Shown here piece after piece: positions 30,154 through 42,508 of a stretch of DNA of 55,190 nt. The stretch is from the NCBI GenBank assembly GCA_913775005.1, contig CAJYKY010000383.1, positions 1 to 55,190 of the forward strand, in the 5' to 3' direction. The position numbers were made by a program, and so were the translations under genes. The DNA comes from an uncultured Achromobacter sp. (GTDB lineage: Bacteria; Pseudomonadota; Gammaproteobacteria; Burkholderiales; Burkholderiaceae_B). The notes below the pieces were generated by a model. It had not been told where the DNA came from. It searched no databases and saw only the letters and a list, made by a program, of their open reading frames with translations. The first letter of the stretch is position 1; the number at the start of each line of letters is the position of its first letter.

Positions 30154-31191
30154 TCACTTCGCGGCCAGCGCCTGCTCAACCGAGGCCATGACCGCTTCGC
30201 GCGATGGCGACGCGCCCCGGTCGCCCAGGCTGGCGGTGTAGTTCGAGCCCACCAGCGGCGTGCGCACCGGTGTCGAGGCGCGGTAGATGCCGATCGTGGG
30301 GCGGCCCAGCGCGGCGGACAGATGGGTCAGGCCGCTGTCCAGACCCACCATCAGGCGGGAACCGGCAAGCAGCTTGGCCACCGCCGTCAAATCCATGCGC
30401 GGCATGACCTCGGCGCCGTCCATGCCGGCCACGAGCAAGCCGGCGCGTTGCGCCTCGGCCTCGTTACCCGCCAGCAGTTTCAGCGTGCATCCGGCTTCGC
30501 GCAGCCGCCGGAACACGGCGCGCCAATCGTCTTCGGGCCAGAGTTTGTCGTCGCGGCTGGCCGACGGCATGATCACCGCGTAACCCTTGTCATTGTCCAG
30601 ATGGTGCAGACGCGGCAGCTCGGTGGCGTTCAAGCCGGCGCTGCCGACTTCCACGACGGGTTCGGCAGCTTGCCCAGCCTGACGCACAAAATTCTGCAAA
30701 CCAAAATCCGGCAAGCCGGCATGCTGGTAGCCGAAGGTCAGGCCTGCCAGCTTGCGCTGACGGATCACGGCGGGTTGCCAGAATTCCACTTTGTGGCGCA
30801 CGTTGTAGAACAAGGACGCTAGCGGCTCGCGCGCCGAGCGCCAGTCCAGGCCATGGCGCACGCCGCGCGCCTGGCGCACCAGCCACGCAGATTTCAGCAG
30901 CGCCTGCATGTCCAGCACGATGTCGTATTGGGTAGAGCGCAAGCGCTCTTTCAACGCCCGGCGCTCGGCGCGTACCTGAGACGACCACCAGGATTTGCGC
31001 CAGCGGCGATGCGCCACCTTGATGACTTCATTGACGGCCGGATGCCACGAGGGGATTTCGGCGAATGCTTCCTCGACGATCCAATCGATCTGTGCGTCAG
31101 GGACGTGCCGGGCTATGTCGGTAATAGCCGGCAGCATGTGGACGAGGTCGCCCAGGGAGGACGTGCGAACGATGAGAATTCGTGTGGGCAT
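30154..31191 (-). CDS. waaC: LPS heptosyltransferase I
   Basis: RTSSLGDLVH, DWIVEEAF, VGLDSGLTHLSAAL. Confidence 0.93.
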   Translation of the reverse strand: MPTRILIVRTSSLGDLVHMLPAITDIARHVPDAQIDWIVEEAFAEIPSWHPAVNEVIKVAHRRWRKSWWSSQVRAERRALKERLRSTQYDIVLDMQALLKSAWLVRQARGVRHGLDWRSAREPLASLFYNVRHKVEFWQPAVIRQRKLAGLTFGYQHAGLPDFGLQNFVRQAGQAAEPVVEVGSAGLNATELPRLHHLDNDKGYAVIMPSASRDDKLWPEDDWRAVFRRLREAGCTLKLLAGNEAEAQRAGLLVAGMDGAEVMPRMDLTAVAKLLAGSRLMVGLDSGLTHLSAALGRPTIGIYRASTPVRTPLVGSNYTASLGDRGASPSREAVMASVEQALAAK

Positions 31192-31302
31192 GAGTAAGGA
31201 TTCGTGCTTGGCGCCGCCCTCAACCCGATGGTGGCGGGCGCCGTTCGACGCAGCCCGCACTTTACAACAACATTGCCGGTTACAGCGACGCGCCCGGCAG
31301 GC

Positions 31303-32409
31303 CTACTGACGCTTCTTCTTCTTTTTCACGATCATCCATTTGGGCATGCGAAACAGCACCAGATGGCGATACAGCAGGATATACGTCGTAGAAAATACCG
31401 CTGTAAAAAACATCAGCAGATAAGGCTGTTGCCAGAACAACACCGCAGGAATCACCGCCAACGACGACAGCAACCACAAATAGGGCGACGTCATGGAATT
31501 ACGCTGGGTCTGATGCCGCATTTCGCGCGAGCCGATTGCCCAGCGTACCAGGCGCTTATAGACGAGCATGTGCAGGTGCACACCGTCCGGCGCACCGGGG
31601 GAGCGGCCTCGCAGAATCTTTTTCCGGTATATCGAGAATAGCGTTTCAAATACCGGATAGATGCAAAGCAGCAGCGGGAACCACGCCGATACCTGCGGGT
31701 GACGGGCCAGCATCAATACCGACAATTCGCCAATGATAAAGCCCAGAAAATACGCGCCACCATCACCCAGGAAAATATGGCCGTGAGGATAATTCCAAAC
31801 CAGAAATCCGATGACCGCGCCCAGCGTGCTTAATGCCACGATCAATAAAAACCGATCGCCCAGATAAAAAGAAACGTAGGCGAAACCCGCCAATATCATC
31901 GCGGAAACCACAGCCGCCAGACCGTTATATCCATCGATAATATTGATCGCGTTGGCAGCGCCGCCGATAGCCACCGACGTGAAAACCAGCGACACCACGC
32001 CAAACTGCAACAACCAATCAATGCCGATAATATCGACGCGGGTCACGGCGGCATCCAGCAGATAATAGGCAACCAGCCCGGACAGCATCGCCAAACCCAA
32101 GCGCACGATAACGCGAACCTGTTTTGTCAGGTCTTCGGCAAACCCGCCCAAAAACGCCGGCATGGCCGCCGCCAGCAAGAGCACCATGCTGGGAAGCACA
32201 TCGGGTTCACGCACGGCTACCAGCGCGCACGTCACGGCGCTGGCGATCAATAGAGACAGTCCGCCAATGCGCGGCACCGGCGCGGCGTGATACTTTTGGA
32301 CGCCTTCCATATCATGATCAGCCGTCAGGCCATCATGCCAAGAGCGGTAGCGAACGATCAGCAAGGTCGAGATGAGCGAAACCAAAAACGCTACTAGGAC
32401 GTACAACAT
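31303..32409 (-). CDS. wecA: MraY/WecA-family polyprenyl-phosphate HexNAc-1-P transferase
   Basis: VPRIGG, NAINIIDGYNGL, IFLGDGGAY, PDGVHLH. Confidence 0.8.
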   Translation of the reverse strand: MLYVLVAFLVSLISTLLIVRYRSWHDGLTADHDMEGVQKYHAAPVPRIGGLSLLIASAVTCALVAVREPDVLPSMVLLLAAAMPAFLGGFAEDLTKQVRVIVRLGLAMLSGLVAYYLLDAAVTRVDIIGIDWLLQFGVVSLVFTSVAIGGAANAINIIDGYNGLAAVVSAMILAGFAYVSFYLGDRFLLIVALSTLGAVIGFLVWNYPHGHIFLGDGGAYFLGFIIGELSVLMLARHPQVSAWFPLLLCIYPVFETLFSIYRKKILRGRSPGAPDGVHLHMLVYKRLVRWAIGSREMRHQTQRNSMTSPYLWLLSSLAVIPAVLFWQQPYLLMFFTAVFSTTYILLYRHLVLFRMPKWMIVKKKKKRQ

Positions 32410-32468
32410 GGAAAACCGCGCAGGAGGAAGATTGCCGGGATTGTAGCGTCAGACGTGGACAAGGCATG

Positions 32469-32488
32469 AAAACTGTATCCACAGTTTT
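32469..32488. promoter_or_regulatory. Perfect 8-bp inverted repeat in the divergent wecA/pgi promoter region
   Basis: AAAACTGT-ATCC-ACAGTTTT. Confidence 0.4.
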
Positions 32489-32651
32489 GCAAAAGAACTG
32501 AAACGTCGCTTGCAAAATAAAAAGGGCCTCCTAGAGCCTGAATTGAACGGCTAAACTCGCGGTTTTAAGAAAAGGCGTGAAATCCCTTCGTCCCGTGTCA
32601 GGGGCATCCGGACGCCCCGATATCAGTATTAAGACGTATTCACAAAAAAAT

Positions 32652-34253
32652 ATGCTGCCGCCTTTAGAACCCGCTAACCCTGCTGCTCCTGCTGACGCCG
32701 CTGGTCACACGAACCTGCTCGAATTGCCTGAATGGCAGGCGTTCCGCCTCGCCATTGAGGACGCCACCTTCTGCACCGATGAACTGCGCCTTGTCGAAGC
32801 GGCGGGCCTCACCGTCGATCTGAGCGCACATGTGACGTCACCCGCCACCCGAGACGCCGCCGTCGCCCTGCTCAACGCAAGAGGGTTCGATCAGGCGCGC
32901 CAAGCCTTACTGGCGGGCGAACACGTCAACAAGACCGAAGACCGCGCCGCCTGGCACACCATGTTGCGTGCGCCGGACCCGATCCTTGAGGTCAGCCGCG
33001 AACACCAACGCGTGCGCGAATTCGTGCAGCAGGCAGACGCCGACGGGCGTTGGAAAGCCATTATTCATATCGGCATCGGCGGCAGCGACTGGGGCGTGCG
33101 CCTGGCCACCGACGCGTGCAGCGGCAGTGGCGCGCGACGGGCATTGAAGTTCGTAGCCAACATCGACGGCCATGCGCTCGAAGACGCCATCCTGGGGCTT
33201 GATCCCAAGGAAACGCTGGTCATCGCGACGTCCAAATCCTTCACCACAACGGAAACGCTGGCCAATCTGCGGCGCGCCGTCGCCTGGCTGGCGCAAGCCG
33301 GCATCGACCAGCCTTACGAACAGGTGGTGGCCATTACCGCCCGCCCCGACGCGGCGCGAGCGCTGGGCATCCCCGCCTCGCAGGTCTTCGAGTTCTGGGA
33401 TTGGGTCGGCGGACGCTATTCCTTATGGTCGGCCGTCGGCCTGCCTGTTGCGCTGGCCGTCGGCATCGATGTCATCGAAGACATCCGCGCTGGCGCAGCG
33501 GCCATGGACGCGCATTTCGCGCAAACCCCCATCGCCCAGAATGCGCCGGCCCAGCTAGCGCTGGCCGCCGTGGCGAACCGGAGCGTGCTGGGTTACGGTT
33601 CGCTCAGCATCGCCGCCTACGACGCCCGCCTGCAATTCCTGGCCCCCTACCTGCAACAACTGGATATGGAATCCCTGGGCAAGTCGGTAGATATGGCCGG
33701 CAACCCGGTGGGCGTACCGACGGGTCCGTCCGTGTGGGGCATGCCGGGTACCGACGGCCAGCACACGTTCTTTCAATGGCTGCATCAAGGCACCGACGGT
33801 GCGGCGGTCGATTTCATCATGTGCCGCGAAGCCGACCACCAATGGACGGAAGAACACGCGATGCTGCTGGCCAACTGTCTTGCCCAGCGCCAGACCTTGT
33901 TGCAAGGCACCTCGGCCGATGCAGACCGCGACCACCTGCTTGCCCAAGGCATGCCCGCGGACAAGGCCGAATGGTTATCGCGCCACCGCAAGCATCAGGG
34001 GGGCCGCCCGTCGACGCTGATCGTGCTGCCCCGGCTGACGCCTTACGCGCTGGGCGCGTTGCTGGCGCTCTACGAACACAAGATCTTCGTCCAGGCGCTG
34101 ATCTGGGGCATCAATCCTTTCGATCAATGGGGCGTTGAAGCCGGCAAGAAAATGGCCAGCGGCATTCTGCGTGAGCTTCACGGCCAGGAGCCGGACGCCT
34201 CGCACGACCTGTCCACCCATCACTGGATTTCGGTGCTGGCGCAGGGCCGCTGA
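32652..34253 (+). CDS. pgi: Glucose-6-phosphate isomerase
   Basis: GIGGSDWG, SKSFTT, DWVGGRYSLWS, QQLDMESLGK, NPFDQWGVEAGK; start uncertain. Confidence 0.93.
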   Translation: MLPPLEPANPAAPADAAGHTNLLELPEWQAFRLAIEDATFCTDELRLVEAAGLTVDLSAHVTSPATRDAAVALLNARGFDQARQALLAGEHVNKTEDRAAWHTMLRAPDPILEVSREHQRVREFVQQADADGRWKAIIHIGIGGSDWGVRLATDACSGSGARRALKFVANIDGHALEDAILGLDPKETLVIATSKSFTTTETLANLRRAVAWLAQAGIDQPYEQVVAITARPDAARALGIPASQVFEFWDWVGGRYSLWSAVGLPVALAVGIDVIEDIRAGAAAMDAHFAQTPIAQNAPAQLALAAVANRSVLGYGSLSIAAYDARLQFLAPYLQQLDMESLGKSVDMAGNPVGVPTGPSVWGMPGTDGQHTFFQWLHQGTDGAAVDFIMCREADHQWTEEHAMLLANCLAQRQTLLQGTSADADRDHLLAQGMPADKAEWLSRHRKHQGGRPSTLIVLPRLTPYALGALLALYEHKIFVQALIWGINPFDQWGVEAGKKMASGILRELHGQEPDASHDLSTHHWISVLAQGR

Positions 34254-34343
34254 AGCGGGTCGCGGCAGGCTGCCCACTGCGTTGGTAGCCAAAGCCGTAC
34301 TTTGGGACGAGAATGTGCATACAACTCTTCTAAGGAGACAGCC

Positions 34344-34913
34344 ATGCGCATTGCCGATGCCCAATGGATTCCTTCGACGCGTCACCAGACCTGGGACGCG
34401 TTGACCGACCCGAGAGTTTTGCAGAAGTGCATTCCGGGCTGCGTGGAAGTTGCGATGCGCAGCGCAACCGAATATGCCGTCACCCTGCGGGCAAAGATCG
34501 CAGGGATCGACACCGACTACGAGGGCGAGATCCTGCTCTCTGATGTCAACGCCCCCGACAGCTGCACGCTGGTGTTCGAAGGCAAGGGGCGCGCCGCCTG
34601 CCTGGCCATCGGCACCGCCCAGATCAACCTCACCGACAAAGACCAAGGCACGCGCGTGGCCTATACCGTTGCCGGCATGGCGGGCGGCAAGCTGGCCGAA
34701 TGCGGGGAAAGCCTGCTGCTCAAGGCCGGCGAGAAGATCATCGAAAAGTTCTTCGCGGCGTTCATTGACCACATGGCCGCGCAGCCACGCATCGCGCCGC
34801 CGCCACCGCCCCCCGAGCCCGAAGCCCGTGGCCTGTCCAATTCCCGATGGTCATGGGTGCTGGTGGTTCTAGTCATCGCGGTATTCTGGGGATACCACTC
34901 GTTCTACAAGTGA
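34344..34913 (+). CDS. CoxG/SRPBCC family protein
   Basis: WDALTDPRVLQKCIPGC, GGKLA, C-terminal TM; RBS AAGGAG. Confidence 0.85.
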   Translation: MRIADAQWIPSTRHQTWDALTDPRVLQKCIPGCVEVAMRSATEYAVTLRAKIAGIDTDYEGEILLSDVNAPDSCTLVFEGKGRAACLAIGTAQINLTDKDQGTRVAYTVAGMAGGKLAECGESLLLKAGEKIIEKFFAAFIDHMAAQPRIAPPPPPPEPEARGLSNSRWSWVLVVLVIAVFWGYHSFYK

Positions 34914-34946
34914 AAACCCTAGTGGGCTGGTGATATCCTAAGCGGC

Positions 34947-36365
34947 ATGACTCCGCCGCCCCCACCAGCCCAGCCATCGACTGACCCCGCCCACTCTCGA
35001 CGGGACTTGTTGATGGCGATGGCAGGGGTATCCGCCACGGTGGTATTGGCCGCGCTGGATTCCACCATCATCAGCACCACGCTGCCGCGCGTGGCGGAAG
35101 CGCTGAACGGCATGGCGCTATATGCCTGGGTCGGTACGGGCTACCTGCTGGCCACCGCGGCGTCGATTCTGATCTTCGGCCGGCTAGGCGACATGTTCGG
35201 CCGCAAGCCCTTGATGCTGGTGTCCGTCCTCATCATTGCGCTCGGGTCCATTGCCTGTGGCTTGGCGCAAACCATGACCCAGCTGATCGTATTTCGCACC
35301 TTGCAGGGCGTGGGTGGCGGCATGATGATCGCCACCGCGTTCGCGGCGCCGGCGGATCTGTTTCCCGATGCCAAGCAACGTGTGCGATGGATGGCATTGG
35401 TGTCTGCGGCCTTCGCCATGGCCAGCGGCATCGGACCCGTGCTGGGCGGTGCGGCGACGCAGGCGCTGGGCTGGCGCGCCGCCTTCTTCATTTCTCCGAT
35501 TGCCGCCGCCGGTGCATTCTTCCTGCTCGCGCGCTACTTTCCGCGTTTTCGACCCATTCACGATGGCAGTCGCAAGATCGACTGGCTTGGCGCCATCCTG
35601 CTGGTGCTGGCCGTTGGCGCCCCGCTGGCCGCGCTGGAACTGGCGTTTGCCCGGGGCGAACACGCGCATCCGCTGCTGGGCGCCATGCTGGCGGTGATCG
35701 GCGTGGCCGCCATCGCTATCCTGATCCCCACTGAACGCCGCGTAAAGTCACCGATCTTTCCGCTGCGCGTGCTCGCTGGCCAGGAATCCCGGCTGTTGAA
35801 TCTGGCCGCGATGATGGTGGGCGCGGTGATGTTCGTGCTGATCTTCTATAGCCCGCTGCTGTTGCAGCAGGTGCTGGGTTACACGCCCAGCGAAGCCGGT
35901 CTGCTGCTGACGCCGCTGGTGGCGGCGATTTCGGTGGGCAGCATCATCAATGGGCGCCTCTTTCCCCGGCAGACCGAGCCGCAGCGCCTGATGGTCTTTG
36001 GCGGCGTGCTGCTGGCGGCGGGCTGCCTGATGGTGTTGATGATTTCCCCCGGCACTTCGGCATGGTGGATCCTGGCGGCCTTCTTCGTCAATGGCTGCGC
36101 GCTGGGCTTTCTGTTGCCCAACCTGACGCTGTTCATGCAGATGCTGAGCGAACGCCGCGATGTCGGCGTGGCGTCCGCGCTGGTGCAGACCACGCGCGCG
36201 ATTGGCAGCGCGCTGGGCACGGCGATTGTCGGCATCATCATTTCGCACGGCACGGTACTAAACGGAGTGCGGGCGGGTCTGGTCCTTTGTATTGTCCTGT
36301 CGCTGACCTGCGCGCTGCTGGCGCACCGGGTGAAGATGAAAAATCTGGCCACCGGCCGTAAGTAA
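34947..36365 (+). CDS. MFS transporter (DHA2-like)
   Basis: LDSTIIST, GRLGDMFGRK, RTLQGVGGG, GPVLGG. Confidence 0.9.
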   Translation: MTPPPPPAQPSTDPAHSRRDLLMAMAGVSATVVLAALDSTIISTTLPRVAEALNGMALYAWVGTGYLLATAASILIFGRLGDMFGRKPLMLVSVLIIALGSIACGLAQTMTQLIVFRTLQGVGGGMMIATAFAAPADLFPDAKQRVRWMALVSAAFAMASGIGPVLGGAATQALGWRAAFFISPIAAAGAFFLLARYFPRFRPIHDGSRKIDWLGAILLVLAVGAPLAALELAFARGEHAHPLLGAMLAVIGVAAIAILIPTERRVKSPIFPLRVLAGQESRLLNLAAMMVGAVMFVLIFYSPLLLQQVLGYTPSEAGLLLTPLVAAISVGSIINGRLFPRQTEPQRLMVFGGVLLAAGCLMVLMISPGTSAWWILAAFFVNGCALGFLLPNLTLFMQMLSERRDVGVASALVQTTRAIGSALGTAIVGIIISHGTVLNGVRAGLVLCIVLSLTCALLAHRVKMKNLATGRK

Positions 36366-36448
36366 CCGGCAACGTAACTACGCAACCGCTTCCGACCCTT
36401 ACACGGAATTCTTCCGATCGCGCCCAAGCGGCGCCCCTGAGACCCATC

Positions 36449-37330
36449 ATGCGCCAACGCAATCTACTGGACCTGCTGCTGCTTGCAGCGGTCTGGGGCG
36501 GTTCCTTTTTGTTCATGCGAGTTGCCGTGAAGGAATTCGGCCCCATCGCGCTGATCGAACTTCGGGTGGGGCTGGCGGCGCTGTTCCTGCTGCCCGCCGC
36601 GATGTGGCGCGGCAAGCTGCCGTTGATCGCGCGGCGCTGGAAGGCCTTGTTGGTGGTCGGCACGCTCAATGCCGCGATTCCGTTTTTGCTCTACGCGTAT
36701 GCCGCGCAATCGCTAGGCGCCGGGTTCCTGTCCGTAGCCAACGCCGTGACGCCGGTGTGGGGCGCGGTGGTTGGATGGCTGTGGTTGAAAGACAGGTTGC
36801 CGTGGATGCGGTCGTTGGGATTGTTGATCGGCTTTCTGGGCATCGTGGTGCTGGTGTGGGACAAGCTCAACTTCCAGGCGGGCGGCACTGGGCCTGCGGT
36901 GCTGGCAGCGGTATCCGCGCCGGTGTTCTACGGCATTGCGGCCAACTTCACAAAGCGCTTCCTGACCGGCGTGGATGCGCTGGCCAGCGCCACGGGCAGC
37001 ATGATCGGCGCGTCTCTGGTGCTGCTGCCGCTCGCCATTTCGGCATGGCCCGAGGCGCCGGCATCGGCGGCCGCGTGGATATCCACCATCCTGCTGGCGG
37101 TGGTGTGCACCGGCGCGGCGTACATCGTGTTCTTCCGCCTGATTGCCAACGTGGGCCCGACTGCGGCGGTCAGCGTCACCTTCCTGGTGCCGATCTTTGG
37201 CGTGGTGTGGGGCGCGTGGTTTCTGGATGAAAACATCACGACGTCGATCGCGGTGGGCGCGGCGGTGATTCTGGTGGGCACTGCGCTGGCGCTGGGCTTG
37301 ATCAAGCCCCGGCCCCGTCCGGCGCCGTAA
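36449..37330 (+). CDS. EamA/DMT family transporter
   Basis: VWGGSFLF, two EamA repeats, about 10 TM segments. Confidence 0.9.
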   Translation: MRQRNLLDLLLLAAVWGGSFLFMRVAVKEFGPIALIELRVGLAALFLLPAAMWRGKLPLIARRWKALLVVGTLNAAIPFLLYAYAAQSLGAGFLSVANAVTPVWGAVVGWLWLKDRLPWMRSLGLLIGFLGIVVLVWDKLNFQAGGTGPAVLAAVSAPVFYGIAANFTKRFLTGVDALASATGSMIGASLVLLPLAISAWPEAPASAAAWISTILLAVVCTGAAYIVFFRLIANVGPTAAVSVTFLVPIFGVVWGAWFLDENITTSIAVGAAVILVGTALALGLIKPRPRPAP

Positions 37331-37363
37331 CGGCTCGACGGTAGCCCCAGCGGTAGCGCCGCA

Positions 37364-38575
37364 CTAATACTTATCCGACGTCCCCGTCAGCGCCACGCCG
37401 ATCCGCAGCATGGTGTAAGACACCGCGTCCACCCAGCGCCGCACCCAGCCACGGCGCTGATAATCCAGCGGACGAATGAAGCGGCCGCCTTCGCGGATCG
37501 CGGTTTCCAGGCGTTCCTGCAAATCCCACGCAAAGGGCTGGTCGTCCACAACGACATTGGCCTCGCGCGCCAGCAGCAGGCTGAAAGGATCCAGGTTGGA
37601 CGAACCCACCGTCGCCACGTTGTCGATCACCGCGACCTTGGCGTGCAGGTAGCTGGGCATGTATTCGTAGATCTCGATGCCGTCGCGCAGCAGCTGGTCG
37701 TACAGCGAGCGCGTGGCGTGATACTGCATGCGGTATTCGACCTTGCCTTGCAGCAGCAAGCGCACGCGTACGCCGCGCGCAGCGGCTTTGGCCAGGGCGC
37801 GGCGGAACTGTCGGCCCGGGAAGAAATACGCGTTGGCGATCAGGATGTCACGGCGCGCTTGCGTGATGCCATATAGATACGCGCGTTCGAACGTCTGCCG
37901 ATAGCGCAGGTTGTCGCGCAGCACCAGCGCGGCGCGCAGCGTGCCGCAAGGTTCCACATGCGCATGATGCGGCTTGGTGAGCCGCATGCGGCTCCAGTCG
38001 CGCGGATGGCGCCGCAGCCGCGCCCAGTTCAGCCGCACCCACAACAGGTCCTGCGCGTAGGCGGCTTCGGTGACCAGCGGCCCTTCCACTTGCACGGCGA
38101 AGTCGAAACGCGGCGCGTTGATGCCATCGGTAGGGTCCAGGTCATCGTAGTCATCAATGACATTGATGCCGCCAATGAACGCGATGCGTCCATCCACGAT
38201 GGTGACTTTGCGATGCAGCCGTCGCAGCCGGCTGCGCGACGGAATCATGCGCGCGAACCAGCGGGGCTCGGGCCGGAAAATGCGACATTGCGCGCCGGCT
38301 TCCAACAACAGCGTGCGCACGTAGTCGACGCTCATGGCACTGCCAAAACCGTCCAGCACCACCCGCACCTTCACGCCGCGCCGCGCCGCCGCCGTCAGGC
38401 ATTCCAGCACCTGCGAGCCGCTACGGTCGACCATGAAGATATAGGTCTCCAGGTGCACGCTGACCTGCGCGGCATCGATGGCCTCGCACAAGGCGGGAAA
38501 GAAGTCGGACCCGTTCTGCAACAAGCGGATGCTGTTGCCCTCCGTCCACTCCAGCTTGACCTGCTCGGTCTTCAC
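37364..38575 (-). CDS. clsB: Cardiolipin synthase B
   Basis: Two HKD motifs (HRKVTIVD, HAKVAVID); GTG start overlapping the upstream stop. Confidence 0.9.
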   Translation of the reverse strand: MKTEQVKLEWTEGNSIRLLQNGSDFFPALCEAIDAAQVSVHLETYIFMVDRSGSQVLECLTAAARRGVKVRVVLDGFGSAMSVDYVRTLLLEAGAQCRIFRPEPRWFARMIPSRSRLRRLHRKVTIVDGRIAFIGGINVIDDYDDLDPTDGINAPRFDFAVQVEGPLVTEAAYAQDLLWVRLNWARLRRHPRDWSRMRLTKPHHAHVEPCGTLRAALVLRDNLRYRQTFERAYLYGITQARRDILIANAYFFPGRQFRRALAKAAARGVRVRLLLQGKVEYRMQYHATRSLYDQLLRDGIEIYEYMPSYLHAKVAVIDNVATVGSSNLDPFSLLLAREANVVVDDQPFAWDLQERLETAIREGGRFIRPLDYQRRGWVRRWVDAVSYTMLRIGVALTGTSDKY

Positions 38576-39438
38576 GGAAGTTCCAGCTCGGCCAGCAAGG
38601 GAGAGTGATCGGAAAGCCGCGCCCACTCCCGTCCGCGCAGCACGCGCGCGCTGCGCACGGCAAAGCCGCGCTGATAGATGCGGTCCAGACGGAACCACGG
38701 GAACACGGCGGGGAACGTGCGGGGCGGCGGCAGCAGCAGACGCGAGCTGCCCTCCATGCCCAGCTGATTGTTGCGTTCCATGACCGACAGGCCGCTGTTG
38801 GGCAGGCCCCGCAGCGCATTGCTGAGCCGTTTGACGGAATCCCGCAGGCGCGGCAATTCACCGCCATGGCTGCGCGGCGCATGCGAGAACACTTCGTACA
38901 GGCCAAGCTGCTGCACGAACAGCGGCGCAAGCCGGTCATTCCAGTCGTTGAAATCGCCGGCGATCAGGATGGGTTCGCCATCGGGCACCATGCGCCGGAT
39001 GCGCTCGGTCAGCGCCAGGATCTGGCGGCTGCGGCTGCCGGCGAACAGGCCAAGATGCACCACGAAGCAATGCACCGCCCGGCCATCGAGTTCAATGCGC
39101 GCGTGCAGCAGCCCGCGTTGCTCTAGCCGATGGTCAGAGATGTCGAGGTTTTCGTGGTCAAGAATGGGGTAGCGCGACAGCAGCGCATTGCCGTGATCCG
39201 TGGCATGGCGCACGGCGTTGCGGCCATAGGCCACATCCAGCCGTAAGGCGGCGGCCAGCGATTCGTGTTGAAGATCAAGCAGTGACTTCTGCTCGTTGCG
39301 GCCTTGGACTTCCTGAAGAAAGACCAGGTCAGGGCGCAGGCCGTAAAGACCCAGGCGTAGTTCATTCAGGGAATCGCGCCGGCCCAACGCCGAACGGCCC
39401 TTGTGAATGTTGTAGCTGACGACACGGATGAGCGACAT
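38572..39438 (-). CDS. Endonuclease/exonuclease/phosphatase family (YbhP-like)
   Basis: SYNIHKG, LQEV, GDFND, LDRIY, SDHSP. Confidence 0.9.
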   Translation of the reverse strand: MSLIRVVSYNIHKGRSALGRRDSLNELRLGLYGLRPDLVFLQEVQGRNEQKSLLDLQHESLAAALRLDVAYGRNAVRHATDHGNALLSRYPILDHENLDISDHRLEQRGLLHARIELDGRAVHCFVVHLGLFAGSRSRQILALTERIRRMVPDGEPILIAGDFNDWNDRLAPLFVQQLGLYEVFSHAPRSHGGELPRLRDSVKRLSNALRGLPNSGLSVMERNNQLGMEGSSRLLLPPPRTFPAVFPWFRLDRIYQRGFAVRSARVLRGREWARLSDHSPLLAELELP

Positions 39439-39590
39439 AAAAGCGATGGCGCCTTTGAAAACAGAGGAACCACTAACCAAGCCCGAACAGCGGCCCAGTC
39501 AGCACCGCCAACAAAGCGGCGTTTGCCAGATTACCTCAATTCCACACCACCCCGCCGCAACAGAAATCTCTCCGTAAGCAACACGCTCGG

Positions 39591-39676
39591 CCCAAGCGAG
39601 GCCGCCGGGATCCGGCTCCGCCGGTCCCGCGAGGCGCCCCCCTGGGGGGGAGGCGCCCCGGCGCCTCGGGGGGGGG
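39591..39676. repeat. GC-rich REP-like palindromic element downstream of aspS
   Basis: Nested inverted repeats GGATCCGG..CCGGTCCC, CCCCCCTGGGGGG, GAGGCGCC..GGCGCCTC and a G9 run; single copy in window. Confidence 0.55.
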
Positions 39677-39677
39677 A

Positions 39678-41465
<1,788 letters not shown>

Positions 41466-41505
41466 GCGGGATGACTCCGTTGTGTGCTTAGTTTGAGCGT
41501 AAGGG

Positions 41506-42177
41506 TTACGAATCGGCGGGCGGCGCGTCTTGCGCGCTACCTGCCGGAGAGAGCGGGGCCGGCCGGCTCCCGGGCGTGAACGCCTGGGCCGGGGCGACCA
41601 CGCCCATGGAAACGATGTACTTCAATGCCGCGTCCACGCTCATCTGAAGATCGATCGCGTCGGCGCGAGGCATCATCAGGAAAAAGCCGGACGTGGGGTT
41701 CGGCGTCGTCGGCACGTACACGCTGATGTGGTCGCCTGGCATCAGGTCGGCCACTTCACCGCTGGGCGTGCCGGTGACAAAGGCAATGGTCCAGGATCCC
41801 GCGCGCGGGTACTGCACCAGCACCGCGCGGCGAAATGCCTGGCCGTTCGGCGCCAGCACGGTATCGCTGACCTGCTTGACCGAGTTGTAGATGGAGCGCA
41901 CCAGGGGAATGCGGCCCAGCAGGTTTTCCCACTGGTCCACCATGGTGCGGCCGATCAGGTTGGCCGCGAAAATGCCCGTCAACAGTACCACCACGATAAC
42001 CAGAACGAAGCGGAAGCCGGGGATGTCGATGCCGAACAGCGATTCGGACGACAGAAAGCCAGGCACGAACCCTTCAAGGGTGGCGACCAGCAGACCCAGC
42101 ACCCACACCGTGATGACCAGGGGAACCCAGATCAGCAGGCCGGTGATGAAGTACTTCTTGATCAGGCGCATCCGCAT
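41506..42177 (-). CDS. DUF502 family membrane protein
   Basis: [31 protein letters not shown]. Confidence 0.9.
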   Translation of the reverse strand: MRMRLIKKYFITGLLIWVPLVITVWVLGLLVATLEGFVPGFLSSESLFGIDIPGFRFVLVIVVVLLTGIFAANLIGRTMVDQWENLLGRIPLVRSIYNSVKQVSDTVLAPNGQAFRRAVLVQYPRAGSWTIAFVTGTPSGEVADLMPGDHISVYVPTTPNPTSGFFLMMPRADAIDLQMSVDAALKYIVSMGVVAPAQAFTPGSRPAPLSPAGSAQDAPPADS

Positions 42178-42187
42178 CGCGATGGCT

Positions 42188-42508
42188 CTAGGCGGCCGAC
42201 CCGCCCGTGGGCGCGGCCGGAGCCGCAGCCGGCGCCGCAGCGGCCGGCGCTGACGCAGCCGGGGCAGCCGGCGCGGCGCCTTCCGAGGGAGCCGGCGTGC
42301 TGGTCGGCGCAGCGCCGCCAGAACCGTTGCCCCGGAAATCGGTGACATACCAGCCGGAGCCCTTGAGCTGGAATCCAGCCGCGGTCACCTGCTTGGAAAA
42401 CGTGCTTTGACCGCATTCGGGGCAAACCGAAAGCGGCGCGTCGGAAATCTTCTGCAAGACGTCTTTGGCATGGCCGCAGGCGCTGCACTTATAAGCGTAG
42501 ATGGGCAT
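42188..42508 (-). CDS. FmdB-family zinc-ribbon protein
   Basis: MPIYAYKCSACGH, CPECG, FQLKGSGWYVTDF, Ala/Pro tail. Confidence 0.9.
   Translation of the reverse strand: MPIYAYKCSACGHAKDVLQKISDAPLSVCPECGQSTFSKQVTAAGFQLKGSGWYVTDFRGNGSGGAAPTSTPAPSEGAAPAAPAASAPAAAAPAAAPAAPTGGSAA

Noticed and set aside
32469-32488. LexA (SOS) box or DnaA box
   Set aside because: CTGT-ACAG spacing is 4 rather than 8; only a single mismatched DnaA-like 9-mer
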